The notes under the pieces: generated by a model
What the model was told of the DNA's origin: nothing
What the model saw: the letters and a program-made list of their open reading frames with translations, nothing else
Databases searched by the model: none
Program-made: the position numbers and the translations under genes
NCBI GenBank assembly: GCA_023230525.1
Contig: JALNXE010000005.1
Coordinates: forward strand, 7,079-71,078
Direction of reading: 5' to 3'
DNA length: 64,000 bases
From: Desulfobulbaceae bacterium
Lineage (GTDB): Bacteria > Desulfobacterota > Desulfobulbia > Desulfobulbales > SURF-16
In this document: positions 62,786 to 64,000 of the stretch, piece by piece
Numbering within the stretch: position 1 is the stretch's first letter
Layout: every line of letters begins with the position of its first letter

Positions 62786-64000
62786 GAACCCTGTTCTTCC
62801 GTTTCCTCTTCATCATCATCCACATCATCTACTTCATCGGAGGCAGGAACCATATCCATGGCCACCACCTTTTCACCCGGTTCCAGATTAATCAGGGTCA
62901 CACCCTGGGTGGCCCGGCCTATCACCCTGACTGCGCTCATATCCATCCTGATGATCTTGCCCCGGTCGGTGATGAGCATGATCTCATCTTCCCCGGTTAT
63001 CTGGCAGGCACCGATGATGTCGCCGTTTCTTTCACTGGGCTTGATGGCATAAACCCCCTTGCCGCCCCTTCTGATAAGCCTGTACTCTTCCACCGGGCTT
63101 CTCTTGCCGAACCCGTTTTCCGTGACCACCAGAATGGAATCATCGCTGTCAATGACCACTGCGCCCACCACCCGGTCGTCTTCGGCCAGATTGATGCCGC
63201 GCACCCCGGTGGCTGTTCGGCCCATGCTCCGCACGTCCTCTTCATTAAAACGAATAGCCATGCCCTTGTGGGAGACCAGAAGAATTTGGCTTGTGCCGCT
63301 GGTAATGGCAACACTGATAATTTCATCGTCTTCCCTGATGGTGAGCGCTATTTTCCCTTTGCGCATCGGTCTGGCGAATTCGGAAATAACCGTTTTCTTC
63401 ACCACACCCTTTTTGGTGACCATCAGTATATGGCATTCCCGGTCAGTGCAATCAAAGCTCGTGACCGGTAGAATGGCGGCCACCTGTTCATTTTCGGACA
63501 GCTCAAGGAGATTGACAATGGCCTTGCCGCGGGCAATACGGCTGGCCAGGGGAATTTCGTAAACCTTGCGCCAGAAGACCTTGCCATGGTTGGTGAAAAA
63601 GAGAAAGGTATCATGGGTGGAGGCAAGATAGAGATTGTTGACAAAATCCTCTTCAACCGCGGTAATACCCTTGATGCCCTTGCCGCCGCGCCGCTGAGAG
63701 CGATACAGATCAACGGAATTTCTCTTGATATAACCCCCATGGGTGACGGTCACCACCATGTCTTCCGGCTGGATCATGTCTTCCGGCAGTATCTCATCCG
63801 GGGCGTCAATGATCTCTGTCCGCCGCTCATCTCCATAGAGTTGTTTGATTTCCAGCGACTCATCGCGGATAATCTTCATAACCAGGGTTTCATTAGTAAG
63901 AATTTTTTTATACCAGGCTATTTTTTCCAGCAGTTCGTTGAGTTCGCTGATAATTTTTTCCCGTTCCAGACCGGTCAGTTTCTGCAGCCGCATATCAAGA
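62782..64000 (-). CDS. gyrA: DNA gyrase subunit A, C-terminal part (N-terminus beyond the window end)
   Basis: LQKLTGLEREKI..., GDERRTEI, and then the repeated beta-pinwheel blades (GGKG.. motifs), ending in the acidic tail DEVDDVDDDEEETEEQGS. There is a 4-nt overlap with gpsA. Confidence 0.9.
   Translation of the reverse strand, partial: LDMRLQKLTGLEREKIISELNELLEKIAWYKKILTNETLVMKIIRDESLEIKQLYGDERRTEIIDAPDEILPEDMIQPEDMVVTVTHGGYIKRNSVDLYRSQRRGGKGIKGITAVEEDFVNNLYLASTHDTFLFFTNHGKVFWRKVYEIPLASRIARGKAIVNLLELSENEQVAAILPVTSFDCTDRECHILMVTKKGVVKKTVISEFARPMRKGKIALTIREDDEIISVAITSGTSQILLVSHKGMAIRFNEEDVRSMGRTATGVRGINLAEDDRVVGAVVIDSDDSILVVTENGFGKRSPVEEYRLIRRGGKGVYAIKPSERNGDIIGACQITGEDEIMLITDRGKIIRMDMSAVRVIGRATQGVTLINLEPGEKVVAMDMVPASDEVDDVDDDEEETEEQGS

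Overview
This is a GC-rich chromosomal segment that looks like a sulfur- or sulfate-respiring Desulfobacterota (Desulfobulbales-like) genome. The taxon guess rests only on gene content: dsrC, a four-subunit group 3b NiFe hydrogenase, a selenocysteine-containing selD, and many PAS/GGDEF/EAL sensors. I can support about 60 CDS. Most are housekeeping genes: htpG, thiC, glnA, hisC, lgt, rpe, gpsA, gyrA, peptidases, ABC transporters and a PiT phosphate transporter. I saw no rRNA, tRNA, CRISPR array, IS element or prophage. Six things are not explained by ordinary annotation. (1) A mosaic, hairpin-centred intergenic repeat family has 5 clear and 2 degenerate copies. (2) A four-gene envelope operon encodes three FlgO-like proteins plus a membrane protein whose cytoplasmic tail carries seven LDQxNIDALLGG units, which resemble the CheY-docking peptides of FliM and CheZ. 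(3) A bacterial protein is collinear with eukaryotic EHD-type dynamin-superfamily ATPases, and it sits next to a LemA-TPM-TPM module. (4) A small zinc-ribbon protein is translationally coupled to a RimK/LysX-like ATP-grasp ligase behind a near-consensus promoter. (5) selD contains an in-frame TGA (Sec) that the ORF track truncates. (6) There is a decayed STAND/NACHT NTPase remnant, a NiFe large subunit that ends exactly at the maturation-cleavage His, and a nitrilase-HldE(II) fusion. All family assignments come from reading motifs by eye. No searches were run.
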